Positions 1 through 13,700 of a stretch of DNA of 51,629 nt are shown here, piece by piece; the first letter of the stretch is position 1; every line of letters starts with the position of its first letter. Source of the stretch: Sphaeroforma arctica JP610 (taxonomy: Eukaryota); NCBI RefSeq assembly GCF_001186125.1, contig NW_014040397.1, forward strand, positions 78,941 through 130,569, written 5' to 3'. The notes below the pieces were generated by a model that was not told where the DNA came from, ran no database searches, and saw only the letters and a program-made list of their open reading frames with translations. The position numbers and the translations under genes were made by a program.

Positions 1-1000
1 TATTTAATCATTGCTTAATTGAATTGTGAAATCTTTATACCATATATGTTACCAGAAATAAATTCATTGGAACAATTGACTTCCGCAGCGACTCAACTAT
101 CGGTGTGCGAGTCTATCAAACCGAAACAAGACGGCCTACAATACCCACCAAAGCTCTACACAGATGTTAGTTTAACTTGGCCTGAAATGAATCCTAAGAA
201 GATGCATAGACGGCTGCATTTGGACATACCTCGTACACACCGCCGGGTACAGAACTGTATGTCAGCATATGATTGGGTGTGTTGGTTTTGCTAAGGATTC
301 AAGCTGCTAGCTAGAGGGTTATTTTATGTCATAAGGAATTAGTATAGATTCTACCTGCATGTACTAGTCCGTTTGATACATAGCGTTCATATATATCTAC
401 TTGTATATGGGTGATCCAACCCACTATAGTCCGCAAACTGTACATATGCATTCTGATTATGACCCCTTCTTAGCTTACTATGCGTTTTAACATTCCCACT
501 AGTGTATTTGTGTGTGGACTAAGAACGGTTCGTCCAAGGTATATAACCACTGTATGTCTCTGTACAAAGTAACTCAGACAAAATGGAATAACAAATATTC
601 CATAAATCTGCGAGAGGTCATTCGAAGTTACAAGTGTTGGAAGTACATACATTCATCAGGTGATGCACTTCACCATGTATCATTACTCGTCATAGCACAG
701 CAGTATATATTAAAGTAGTCTACATGATACTGGTAAATACGCAATAAACACGCCCGACAGAATGATAGCTGGTTGCAAAGTGGTACACCACAATGAGGTA
801 TGTTTGTCACGTATCACCATGTACAAACACGAAGTGTGATAGTTTTTTTATCAGTTTCGGACACCACCAGAGGGTTTTTTAGCGCTACGAAGCAATTGTC
901 TGACCGGTTATTGGTTGACGAGGTGGAATATGGGGTATACTGCTCTCACTTTATAGAGAATAATTCATCATGCACACCTTGTTCCTTTCTCTATGTGCAG

Positions 1001-4000
1001 GTTCCTTCCCATTCGTTGAAGGGGTGACGCATACAAGGTCGTTTGAACGTCAGCTGAATGATCCTATCATTAGGTAAATCAATTCAATCACTATTTATAA
1101 AAACACACATGGGCACAATAATATGATGTCGAGATAAAAGCGATAGAGTTACGCCACATAATGGTCCCCTGCAAGTTTAATCCTGCTCGCTTTGTTCTGG
1201 CAAGATGTATATGTATACCAAACGAAAAGATACTCGAGATAAGATTACCGCATATCTAAAATACGGCAAGTCATGGGGTTATAATGTACTGTACAACACA
1301 AGAAATAGGGCTGGGAAGTTGTCTCATAACTGAAGTCAACTACACCGCAGGGCTATTGAGCGCATTCAGAACCCGAGAGACTGCCGTAGCGTAGGATACG
1401 ACATTCATGTAGGGCATTACGCCGGTCTGGGTTCACAGTTACACGTGGCTGGTAGGAGAATGCTCGGGGCGAACACACACGGCAGAGTTTTCATCTTGAA
1501 CCACGAGACAGATACTTTGTTAGGTGCTGGCTTTACCGCCAGCCAGACTTTCTGTGAGGAATCTGGGGTGCATGGGTAGGTGATACTGCCGGGCGTGTAA
1601 GTACAAACGTAGCTGCAATAGGTAAGGGTGTATACAAAGACACATATGACGGTGTGAGACCGGCGCCATACTTGGAGAGTGAATTACCAATCAGGGTTTC
1701 TGTTGTATGTTCGATGTGCACCGATAAGATAGGCCGTCCAATGAGTGTATTCTGAACACACGTAGCAACAACGTATCCTGATCACTATCGTCGCGAGTGT
1801 GTCGGTCATGATTCGCAGACTGACCACTACACACTTAGACTCAGAATTTGTCAGTTGCATTAGCTTTGTGTGTGTATATAGACACGCTACTGGAACAGTA
1901 ACCCATCTTGCCTTTTAAACCGTCGAGTAAACCGCTTAACGCGATCCAAAGATATTGGACTTTAGGTTTCGTCAACATTGAAAGGGTTAAATGTAGATGA
2001 GATGGACTTCTTTTCCAATACACGTGTCCTGTTTGCGATCCTTGTCGTTTTATAGTTTGTGTGTATTGTGCTGCACAGTATTTCTATGACAGCCATGTTT
2101 GCTCAGAATCTTTGACACCATGGGCAGTCAGTGCGCACTATCGACAACTATTCGTACGAGCGAATTTACTTTTCAAATACAAATTAAGTCAAAGCAGTAA
2201 GGTATGCCTTGTGTTTGCATTGTGGTCGTTGTACCTAGCTAATTTATTTTGGTACTGTCCCGTACAAGCTAACCCCTAGATGCGCAAGGGTTGCTACTAC
2301 TATAATTTATGTATATCACAATGTGACTTAAATAAACTTATTAGACAAAGGCCAGATGATTAAGCAACCTATCTCTTGATAATCCATAATTTTATTTCTT
2401 GTGTTGGTTGCGATTGACCTCAGGTTTGAGTGCTACTTCCAGACGCTCAGCAACTGCACAGAATACGGATCTAGTGCGGAGGCCGAAAGTGTAGAGATTT
2501 CGGGCCGAAAACTGACCGGGAATAGGGTGTGTCCGCGGTTTCTGTTTTCAAAGTATATATATTGAATTTCTCGTCGAATTCTTAGTTGCATTCTGAATTG
2601 TACTGTACCTTTTCAGACAACAGCGGGAACTATTAATCCGACTCGTATTGAGTGGAGTATAATACAACTCTAGTGCCAAAATCAAAACAGAAAAAAAACA
2701 GTTCCGTGGATATTCAAAAACAAAACAAAAACTGAGTTTGTGTACACATTTTCGCCGCCTACAGGATCGTCTGGCACCCCTTAAGGACCACACAGACTTT
2801 CAGGGCATCACCAGCAACACAAAAGAGAGCGTCCGCTTGCAACGAGCCTACGCAACCGAATACATGCTCAGGCCCAACACACGCTTTCAACGTAGGTGGT
2901 TGCATACTCAAGCTTCCTATGTCCGCATGGAATATATATGTCGCTCCATGTGGGTATGATTCTGTTCATTTTGTTGTCCTGGAATATGTGATATACATAT
3001 ATACATATATATATATATACATANNNNNNNNNNNNNNNNNNNNTATATATATATACATACTATCAAGTACAGTTGGTTGTCTAATATATTGAGTGTCTGA
3101 AGCAGGTAGATACATAGGTGTATTGCAGAGTACGAATGTAAGGTGATCAGATGGAATCTGTATGCGGTTGAAGTTCACGTTGGGTTTACTTCACTATTTC
3201 AATGTTGTAGTTGGCGGAGACTGATAGAGAGTACAGGTTGGATATACTATAGCGTGCAGCTATATATCCACACACCTGAGGAGTACTTAGTTTTTGAGGT
3301 CTACGGCTGCAAGCCCTTTGTAGGTGTGTACTATTTATTATTATTAGATGCTCGAATATAGCAGATAGTTCATGAATCAATGAGGCTAGAGATGAATCGC
3401 CTATATAGTATTCAATACAGTAAAATCCATTGCAACGACCCGGCATTCCAAGCTGCCCCTCATACACACGGCTCCCCGCGATGCGAACCAATACACCTCC
3501 ACAGATAAACTAGAGCTCATGTATTCGCAAGTCTTTGATGCTGGCGTTGTACCTCCTAAGCTGATCTCAGTGAACATCCGCTGGGGTGACAAGTGGAGCG
3601 AGATGTTGCTCAATCCAATCGAAAGGTAAGCCCTTGTAATTGATGTTGTTTCTGTGAGTTGGGTCTATAGAATTCGTGGGGTCCCGAAGTTAACACTGAT
3701 TAATGGCTCCTGTTTGGTATCTCTGCACGGCTCTATCTGTATACCTAGCGTATGTTGCGACTGCGTGTTCTAGTTCACACCGCAAGATCAGGTCTGGTCT
3801 GGTCTCTGCGATTGAATATGGCGTCTGATTCTGAAGAGGCATTCAGGTTCCTGATGAGAATCGCCTAGTTTTTCAGAGTACCGTTGTGTCGCGTGCCGCT
3901 ACCTATTTGTATTATTTTATTTGTGCTTGGATATCAGAAATACTAAAGGTGTAGAAAACAGCTTATACCTCACTACAAATGTGGTAGTTTCAGATTATGT

Positions 4001-5268
4001 ACTTTATTGCTAATCACGAGGACTGTGTGCTAGTGTAGTTGCAAGTTGGGCACACAATTGAAATACGGTTGATACATGTTTCAGGCGTAATACGGTATGG
4101 TGCTATTTCTTGTGTTGTATAGCGTTGTATATCAATTTGTCCTCGAAACCGTGTTGTGATATATCACTTGTTTACCATCGGATGACTGTGAAAGAGAAAC
4201 GCTGATCTAAAAAGGGGGGGTTTTTTTTGGCCTACGTCAACTCTCTGAAGTGTTCGATTAGTTCGGGAGGTCGGGTTTTTTCTTCGCCTCCGCACACGTT
4301 TTCAAGCGAGGTCTTTGAATGTTATATACATTTGTATTTGAACTTATCCCAGCGCCTTTGTTGATTGTAAGCACTGTCGTCTTGTTCGTTTGAAGGTATG
4401 TAGGTACCGTCGCTGACCTTGTGCGTCTACACTACAACAAAGACGAAGCCGTGATAGTATTCTTACAGACCTGGGAGCAAGACGCTCACGATCACTTTCA
4501 CAGGCTTTCCCCGGTGAGTGATGTACGGAAATCTCGCTATTAAACAATACATACACAATATATTATAGTAGTGTGAGTTAGACTAGTAGACTGGTGTGTA
4601 TGTAGGTGTCTACTCTGCCAGTGATATGAGCTAGTAGGGAGATGGTATATCTATACCTACAGAGTGGTGTATTTTTAATCAACTACACAGTGGTGCATCT
4701 ATTATTTACCTGCACAGTGATATATCTTTTCTATACCTACAGAATGATATATCTTTCCTTTACCTAAAAAGTGGTGTATCTTTTTTATACCTACAGAGTG
4801 GTGTATCCATCATAAAACTATACAATGATGTATTATTTATTTGCGTTCTTGTTCCTGTGTATACGACGGTTTGTTTGCTCAAATGGTATAGAATGTTCAC
4901 TTGTGGTTTCTAGTTTCTGGTAACTGGAGAAAGCCATGCACTGCAGTTGTCATCAGTTGTCATATAACACTCCTGCATATCTACCTATCTTTTTTATTCA
5001 TCTATAAAACGCTTCTGTTCATCTATTTCTCTCATTCATTCATCCATAAAACTCTCATGTTTATCTACCTCACATCCAGAAAGCCTGGGATGTTCGGTCC
5101 TTTGCGTTCGATCGCAGCTTAAACCCCCATGACACAGAGGGCGCCCGTAGCCCTAACTCAACAACCATCTCACTGTGTTCTATGTACATTGCGGCTGATG
5201 CCATGTTCCATGTCGGCACCCGGGACTCGAATTGGGACCGGCTCATTGATGAGTTGAGGATAACAAGG
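1001..5268 (+). CDS. Alpha-1,6-fucosyltransferase (FUT8/GT23)-like glycosyltransferase, multi-exon; 5' start and last exon uncertain
   Basis: Hand-spliced GT-AG exons 1001-1073, 1351-1575, 2424-2526, 2765-2891, 3421-3625, 4396-4513 and 5080-5268 join in compatible phases. Protein blocks: AIERIQNPRDC..AGLGSQLH..GRVFIL, GFECYFQTLSNC, EYMLRPN, LISVNIRWGDKWSEMLLNPIERYV, VFLQT, FHVGTRDSNWDRLIDELR. These parallel the FUT8 blocks LQNPKDC, GYGCQLH, WETVFRPVSETC, GVHVRRTDK..HPIEEYM, VYLATDD, FLVCTFSSQVCRVAYE (recalled, not searched). Candidate last exon 6403-6447. Confidence 0.8.
2987..3060. repeat. (TA)n microsatellite with assembly gap (N run 3024-3043)
   Basis: Direct observation; lies in an intron of the fucosyltransferase-like gene. 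Confidence 0.9.
4622..4835. repeat. Degenerate intronic minisatellite of about 28-30 bp units (tacctacagagtggtgtat)
   Basis: About 6-7 imperfect copies visible inside the predicted intron 4514-5079. Confidence 0.75.
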
Positions 5269-6197
5269 GTGAGTGGGTATACACTATTGTTATGATTATG
5301 ATTCTATTCCTGGGATTGTGATGTGTTGTTCTGGTTTTATTGATTGAGATGCGTATGGTATGTAGACACAAGCTTAACTACTTCAGTTTAAAACACGCTC
5401 TTGTTTGGGTTATATATATCATTCTCTCAATGAAAATATTTGCCACCGGAAATTCTCAGGGGTTTCACCGACCAAGCAGTCTCATGGTGGATCTGAGCGA
5501 ATCGGGCGGAGATATGCGAGACAACCCTTAATCTCTGGAGAGAGATGAGAGTATGATGTGATAATTCATATTGAGCAGGAACAAGCTTTTCAAGAGAACC
5601 TTTTAAGCGGGGGTCGAATAGGGACAATGAGCGTCACAACGAGTACGGACTACCGAAGATAGGAAGCCCATGACACTTATATAGTAATAGGACATGCATG
5701 TGAACGTCCTTAGCCTGAGATTCCGCATATTTAGTACGATTCGAGAGTGCGTTGATAGATGGTCAGTCATCAACAGAGCCCTTACAGCACTGATGAGGAA
5801 AAAGAAGCTCTGGGTAGATATAGCAGACGGGCGAGACTAGTAACCTCCGGATGTGAACACACAACCTGAGCCAAAAACAAATATCTGTAGCAAAGCAGGA
5901 AGTGAAAACCAGCACACCTCTGGAAATCAGCGCACGTTAAAAAGCTACCTACCATGAGACGGCCCTTTTGGTGACTATGGACCACCTACTGATAATTGTG
6001 TGGGGATCGGCGTCTCTGGAAATGACCACTCATAGCAATGGGAACGCTAGAGGTGTAGCAAACCACTCCCAGCACACTCATGCCAGTTTCAACCAAACAG
6101 GCAGTTAGTTTTAACCAAACAGGCGGTTAAGTCAGGTCTAGGCTGAGAAGTGTAGTTGGAGTACTACATGCAGAACTCGACAGGCCCATGCACATGC

Positions 6198-6365
6198 ACT
6201 ACTGTGTAGTGTGTAATTAAATAGTGTGTAGTGTGTATTTAAATAGTGTGTAGTGTGCATTTAAATAGTGTGTAGTGCGTATTTAAATAGTGTGTAGCGT
6301 GTATTTCATACTGTGTAGTGTGTATATAAATACTGTGCAGTGTGCAGTGTGTAGTCAGTAGTGTA
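6198..6365. repeat. 22-bp tandem repeat (aaatagtgtgtagtgtgtattt)
   Basis: About 6 imperfect head-to-tail copies seen directly. Confidence 0.85.
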
Positions 6366-6586
6366 TATTGACTTAGCGCTACAAGTAGTATTTACTATTC
6401 AGGTGTACTGGATTGGCCATCGGCGTTTCACCTATATATGGATTTAGGCAAACCACCACCTCATCGACCACGGTGGTTCTATCATCAGGCTGACATGACA
6501 CGGAGGAGAGATGACCCACAACCCGAGCGCAGAGTCAATTCGAGGTGTCAACTCGTGCTCGTAGACGTACAGGCCCATTTTAAGCC

Positions 6587-7000
6587 CATGTGGTGAGGAG
6601 TGAACGTATACTCAGATATGCGGAGTTCACATCACAAGTCTGGCACACTATTCGCAGGGGGAGCTTTCAGCATGACTATCCCGGAGTAGAACTCGAAGGC
6701 ATTTATCGGATTGTGCGCAAATGGGGATGCGTATTGGAGAAGTACTCGTGTGCATGAAGCACAGGTAGGGCGAAAGCAACGGCGCATACGTATGTATTGC
6801 TCATACGAGGCTGAGTTCATTGTGACAAGCACCAAGAAGAGATACGGACGCCGAACAGTAGCGATTGCGTTACGGTTGGGGTTGGTTGAGGTGATGAGTA
6901 CTTGATAAGAACATCGGTTTCATTCGAGATCCATAGCCTGCCGCGCTCGCACGAGAGACCGTGCTAAGACACTCAACCGACCGATTATGGTACAGTTTGA
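6587..7000 (+). mobile_element. Highly decayed Ty1/copia RT-connection/RNase H remnant
   Basis: Across frameshifts reads HVVRSERILRYAEFT...LEG(fs)SDC...WRST...CSYEAEFI...RAK. This is the same order as the copia consensus HxxxxKRILRYLKGT / LxGYSDADWAG / RRST / SSxEAEYI / RTKH. Confidence 0.4.
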
Positions 7001-7421
7001 CGCAGAAGTAAACACCACTCTATAAAGTTTCAGGACCACCCGTCTAGCGATACTGAAGGCAAAACGTTCTATTTTAGGTCAATCATATTCTATCGACAGG
7101 GTAACATAAACACCTGAGGTGTCTCTGTCATGAACGTATAGAGAAATCGCCGCCGTGTTTGTGTATAATTATCGGCATATCCGACTTTACCTACTTATCT
7201 ATATTTGGCACCTCAGGTCACCTCCTGCAGATCTAGATACGGCTCGCTGTGTCTGCATATCTAAGGTCGCAGCCTTTCGAATTGAAGTGTCCAAACAGTA
7301 CTCAAGAAAGTTTCAAACTCTTGCTCCCTTTCATTATCAGTCGTTGTCGATTTATCTTTTATATCTAAATTGTAGAAAAACACTATTAAGCCGACAGCAG
7401 TGGAGAATCTGACGCCTGCGG

Positions 7422-7436
7422 ATATATAAATATACG

Positions 7437-7479
<43 letters not shown>

Positions 7480-7530
7480 CATATACATATACATATACAT
7501 AAATATATACGAATACATGTACATATACAC
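7422..7530. repeat. (TA)n/(TACA)n microsatellite
   Basis: Direct observation, just downstream of the phosphodiesterase stop codon. Confidence 0.9.
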
Positions 7531-7546
7531 AAAAGCCTAGGGTTTG

Positions 7547-9327
7547 CTACTCTACTAAAACATCACCTTCATCGTGAATGAAGGGATACGATCCAACGCA
7601 CGTCCAGCCACCGATCGGGCCGGTAGTATCCCACAATTCCAAAACACTAGTTCTGAACTCTTCACAACTCGCCAATTCACGCTCTATACCCGCACACAGC
7701 TTTAACGCATCCTCACGTGCCTTACAGTCGTATCTGAGACTCATGTGTGGCATATACGTCTCCACATCGCCATGCACACCTAACGATACGCCGGCACGCT
7801 CGCTGAGGAGTGTCTGTGCGCGTTCGTACAGCGTGCGTAGACCATCCCCCTTGACCATCTTGAAGTACACGCACTGGGTGTGGTGGTAGTGGCCGGCATC
7901 GCATACGTCTAACTTCATACAGGGCCCAGGTAGTTCGCTTACCAGTCGGTTGCAGAGGCCCCGCAGTGATTGTACCGAACTGTTATATAGCCCCCCCACT
8001 AAGGTCACGTGGGGTTCAAACTGCTGATCCGGGTGGTTGTTCTGACTACGTTGGATTGTGTAATAAAATTGTGCAACGGGTGCTGGTTAGGTTGGCTGTG
8101 GTAGGAGAGTTGGTCAGAAGTGTTGCGTACAGTAGGCGCAGTAGTCAAGAACAGCAGTGATTAGGGTGTTCTGTAGGAGGTCCGAATACAGCAGGTATGG
8201 GGTGTATAATAGCTTATAAACAAGACTAGTCACACTAATAGGGAGCCCAGCTCTTGGAATCGTGCAGAAGAAACAATTGTAGCATGCGCTGTCGATAGTA
8301 AAGGTCAAGTATGTATAGTTAAAAGGATACTCCTGGTCTCGAACATAACGTGATGTGAAATGTAGGGTGAAACTGAGTAAAGTACCTATGTAGCAAGGGT
8401 TCTTTACGATTGAACTTTTGAATCACTCGAATGATTGTCAGCCGGGCAACCTCGATACTTCCACAATCTCAACAGTACCTACAATACAATACAACTACCA
8501 ACTATGCTGAGCCAGCGAAACGATTGATACAAAATCTAAATCCTCTAATGCCTGCCATTGTAAAGCATCTGTTCGTTTGCGTGGTGAAGCACGGCTTGTG
8601 GATCGCTTACGTAATACACGCCGGACTTGAATTCAATGTGGTAATTACAATCTTTTAATTGCAGCAGGAACGCCAATTGGTTGTATAATTATCACTCGCT
8701 ATATCATTCTAAGATACCGAAGCACACGAGTGCGTGATTGAGTGAGAACAATTTCTTTAATAAACTACGCAACGTCAGAGGTTTCCCTAGGAAAACAACT
8801 GCTCCGCATGAATTAGCAACAAACATGCCTTACAAACTGAGAAATCTCTGGAAGCTTGCACGTATACAAACCGTTCAAGCGGTGTAACAAACTCAGTAGC
8901 TTCCTGCATGTAATAGACCACGGAAGCAGAGCGTGTTTCCCCATATGTTATTCGGATCTACACTGCCTAAGCGTGCAAATGTGCTATAAGGAGCCTAAAA
9001 TTGAATATGCCACTTGAACTTCTATACACTAGGCAATACATTGAAGGGAGAGCACTAATATGTTAGGTAGGCCAGGCCTAATACTGGTTTGGCAGCACTG
9101 ACTTCAAAACGACCATGGGACTTAATGAATTGTCGAATAAGAGTTCACACACACCTGATGATCTTTCTTGCCGTGTTATACAATCTATTGCGTGTGGGAT
9201 CTGTCGACTCTGCGACTGTTGTTTCATCGCAAGTCAGCTTCTCGTGCTCAGGCATCAACCAGAGTGAGTACATAACATCTGTAGAGCCAGCAGCCTGCTT
9301 ACTGCACAGGCCACAATTCACCAACAT
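7547..9327 (-). CDS. 2H-phosphoesterase, plant-type cyclic phosphodiesterase (CPDase / Appr>p phosphodiesterase); exons 9327-9155 and 8045-7547
   Basis: Splicing out intron 9154-8046 (GT..AG, phase-compatible) gives YSLWLMP...QQFEPHVTLVGG...HTQCVYF...YMPHMSLRY...LWDTTGPIGGWTCV. Both HxT/HxS motifs are present, and the YSxW, QCV and YMPH features match the Arabidopsis CPDase type. Confidence 0.88.
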
Positions 9328-10770
9328 CCTCCGTATTTCACAAAACTCGAATGTACTAACAGATTACAACACCATATCCAACACTTTATTCTGTTCAATT
9401 TAAAGAAGTTTATGTTTATTCATTGCTTTATATGTACTAGGTACTAATAAAATAAATTCATATAAATACCAAATTTTACAACTGGTTCCCGGGAATCACT
9501 TTAAGTCAGAGCTGCCACTCTAGACAACGGGATACTGTCAATTGTGGGGTTTGATCACTCACAAGAATGCAGTGAGTACAACGACATACATATTCAACAT
9601 ATCTATTTATTCACTAATACTAATCGCTGACGCACAGTGGTGTACTACTGCCTGTGACTCGTGAGAGCGTGGCTATCTCTATACATAAACAGTGGTAGAA
9701 GTTTAAATGAGCAACCATTTGCCTGACAGCTGACATATTGATAGCCATGTCAGCCCACTCACAGTCCAGGTCCCGGACTCCAGCTGCCAGCAGCCACAGT
9801 GAGCCTGCAGGCTATGTATTTATGATAAATACAAGAGGGAGAGTACGATACATACATACGTAAAAATATTCAGAGTTTACACTTTGCAGTTTATAGTACA
9901 CATCTTTTGGCACAGCAACCGCAAGCCGCAGGGTTTTCCATACCATGCAGACAAAGACGATAAAAATGTCTACGAGGCCAGCTCTCTCTTCTTGACCTCT
10001 TGTATTGTCCGCACGGTTTTATCGGGGTGACCTAAGCCCCAATGGTGATTGCTACGGGTGTATGTTCCAAGCTCCGAGGTGCAAATCTATATAGTGTTTG
10101 GTATGGATTGTCCATTTATTTAGTGATTTTAGTTCATTTTCCTCCCACTTTTGACCTCTATTCACTCGTCTATAAAAAATAAAAATAGTAAAATGTAGAG
10201 TGTTAAAAAGGATGTAAATAAAACCTATTTTCAAAATATGCGTTTACGTTAAACCTTTTTTTTATAAAAAAATTTGTTTTCTATTTAGGGGAGGCTATGA
10301 AATTGGCTTTTACATAGTAGATTTTGCCGATTTCGCGAAAATGTTCTATTTATGCAAACTCCCCGAGAGAAGAAGACGTCAAGTGTCAGATATGAGTGAC
10401 ATCCTTGTCTCCAAGGCTCCATGGTTTCCGACACAACTATAATATAAAACATCAACAAAAGAATTTAACACTGTATTTATACTGAAATTGATGTCAGAAC
10501 ACAGTAATAGACCCTCTAGCGATCTGAGAGCCAAGGAATTTACGACTGGTGAATTTGAAGAACGATGTGCTATATTGAATACAAACCCTGAATCTTGTAA
10601 AGCCAATGTACAGATCGCGTCTTTTTTTTTTTCACTTGTGGGAGTGAGGTGTAGAAATATGTGTACTTTGTTGATTGTATATAAAGGCCACACTAGCGCG
10701 CATAGCGAAGCATTCGTGTCTTGAGATCACTGCACACCTCTTCACAGACACATACACACGCAAATACTCA

Positions 10771-13700
10771 ATGATGAACAAGGGGTTATTAAGGTTACTC
10801 CTCGTAGCCTTGCTGGCGCTCTGTGTCTTTGCCTCTGCGGAGAGTACCGAGGCTAGTGATGATTCACCAGCGGTCGAGAGTACAGAGGAAGCCGCGGTCG
10901 ACGCCGCTAAGTGTCACGGAACAGAATGGTATGTATTCAGAAGTGTGACTTTATTTGCAGAGTGAGCTCTTCGTTTCTAGGTTATACTTCTGCCAGTTGG
11001 AGGTTCTGAAGCCCTTTCAATATCGCCACATTTGATATCTTTATGAACGAATGCAAATAAAATATTTGCTTGTTCTGGTACAAGTTATACTCATTGATCC
11101 CTTTCTTTTCATACGCACGATATTTCAGTGTTGTGCTCGATGGAATGACTGAGGAAGAAACTGCCGCTCTACTCAAGGGCTCGGAAACCCATGTCTTTGA
11201 GGCTGAAGTGAACAAGATGATGAAGCTGATTATCAACTCACTCTACAAGAATAAAGAGATCTTCTTGCGTGAACTCATCTCTAACGCGTCTGATGCCATC
11301 GATAAGATCCGATTCCTAGCGCTTACAGATTCGGATATTCTATCGACAGATTCCGATTTCAAGATCAGCATCCGGGCCGATCCCGAGAAGGGCGTTCTAC
11401 ACATCCAGGACAACGGTGTAGGTATGTCTCTAAAGGACCTTCAGAACAACCTCGGAACTATTGCCAAGTCTGGCACTGCCGATTTTATGGAGGCCGTATC
11501 TAAGGGTGACGCGAACAGTTTGATTGGTCAGTTCGGTGTTGGGTTCTACTCGGCTTTCCTGGTGGCTGACAGCATTGTGGTGACCACGCGAAAGGCTGGT
11601 GATGAGCAGTACATCTGGGAGAGTGATTCCTCACAGTACTCGATCACCAAGGATCCTCGGGAAGGCGATGAACACAAGCTAGTGCGTGGTTCGGTAGTGT
11701 CCTTGTACCTCAAAGACGAGGAGAAGGACTACCTTAAGGAGTCGACGCTGAGAGATATGGTATCCAAGTACAGTCAGTTTGTTAGCTTCCCCATCATGCT
11801 GCAGGTGCAGAAGGAAGTTGAGGTCGAGCCCGAACAGATTGCGACCGAAAAGGTCGACGGAGAGGATGAAGATGATGTTGATGTGGAGGTTGAGGTTGAA
11901 GACGAGGATAAGACCGAGCTTCCCAAGGAAACCAAGACAGTCACTGAATACGAGCAGCTGAACACAGTCAAGCCCATCTGGACTCGCAGCGCCAAGGAGA
12001 TCTCGGATGAGGAGTACGTGGAGTTCTATAAGCTTGGATTCGGCAACACTGAGGAGCCGTTGGCGTACACACACTTCACGGCCGAGGGAGAAATCTCGTT
12101 CAACAGTATGTTGTTTATCCCCAAGAAGGCTCCCCAGGCACTGCTGCAACAGTATGGCAATGCCGCGGCAAAGATCAAGCTATTTGTACGCAAGGTGTTT
12201 ATTACGGATGAGATGGATGATATCCTCCCCAAGTGGTTGTCGTTCATTGTGGGTCTGTTGGACTCGGATGATCTGCCTCTGAATGTATCGCGAGAGACAC
12301 TGCAGCAACACAAGCTGCTCAAGATTATGAAGAAGAAGCTTGTACGCAAAGCCTTGGAGCTTATGAAAAACCTTGCCAAGGCTGACGAGGCGGATGCAGC
12401 TGACGGAGAGGAGGATTCAGAGGTCAAGGAGGGCGAGATCAACAAGAATAAATACATCGAATTCTGGGAGGAGTTTGGGTTGTTCTTGAAGTACGGTGCT
12501 ATGGAGGACAAGGCCAACCAGGCTAAGATTGTCAAGCTGCTGCGCTTTAAGAGTTCAGCTGACCCCGAGAGGTATATCTCATTCGAGCAGTACGTGCAAC
12601 GCATGAAGCCCAAGCAGGAGAAGCTGTTCTTTATCACTGGTACCGATATCGAGGATGTGACCAACAGACCCGTTGTCGAGAAGTTGATTCGCAAGGGATA
12701 CGAGATCATCTACGCTATCGAGCCCGTGGATGAGTACCTATTCCAACACGTGACGGAATACGAGGGAAAGAAGTTCCAGGACGTGTCTAAGCCCGGAGTG
12801 GAGCTGGAGAAGAAGGGTAAGAAAGGGAAGGCCCACCAGAAGGAACTCACGCAGCAGTACGACCCACTCACCAACTACATCACCAAGCTCTTCAAGGAGG
12901 ATGTAGAGACGGTCCGTCTCTCTGAGCTACTCGACCAGTCGCCCGCGGCACTGGTCACCGGCCAGATGGGACTGAGTGGTAACATGCAGCGCTTGATGAA
13001 GGCGCAGAACCGAGGTGATCCCATGATGGACTTCTACATGAGCCGTAAGCCTATACTGGAGATCAACCCCAGACACCCCATTGTCCAGGAACTGTTGAAG
13101 CGTGTGGAGCCTCTCGATTCGGATGAGAACGATCCGGCGGTGGATGAGACCGCGCGTGTCCTGTTGGATACAGCGGCCCTGAGATCCGGATATGACTTGG
13201 AGGTGTGTTGTGTGGACTACGGTAGTCTTGTTGCATGGGGGTTTGGTTTTGTATGTTATAGTTACTTTGTCGCTTGATTCTGTTGTGTATGTGTGGCTCC
13301 ATGCTTTCACATGCAAAAGTAGCCAGGATTAGCAATCTGCTGAATTAGATTAGATGTACGCCTGTTAAATCTCACTCGGAGGTGACGCCTTTACGTGTTC
13401 GTTGTGCGGATCTGCATTCCTGCACTATACCTTTACTATTGAGCTGATTGGCGCAGTATAACACATGACCACACATTGGCGTGCGCCCAATTTTCTGTAC
13501 GTGTATGCTTCAGTCTAGCGTGTTGCAATATTTGCAGCCACGTGTTCTCAAAGTCTTAAATTCATACATGGTTCTTGATGATTGCTGCCTCGTAATACTT
13601 GTACAAATACAGTTAGAGTTACAAATATAGTTAGTGACCACTCTTCATTCTGTATTTCACTTTATAGTATGAATATCACTATTTTCTGCCTTTATTCCGT

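Noticed and set aside
470..2400. Possible Ty3/gypsy RT-integrase remnant on - (KPKVQYLW..MGY, TLWWCPKL, SPHTNTLV)
   Set aside because: Similarities are weak and no YxDD or D-D-E motif is recoverable. The region is interleaved with well-supported + strand exons of the fucosyltransferase-like gene.
3143..3361. Possible extra exon (GWIYYSVQLY..KPFV) in the fucosyltransferase-like gene
   Set aside because: Flanking exons join in frame without it and it matches no family block; cannot be excluded without cDNA.
5440..5700. Gag-like stretch (EILRGFTDQAVSWW) in a predicted intron
   Set aside because: One short motif among stop codons; not enough to call.
11679..13335. Long antisense ORFs (156-227 aa) over GRP94, and similar ones over ZFC3H1 and the GTPases
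   Set aside because: Shadow ORFs expected from the codon bias of the sense genes; no recognisable domains.
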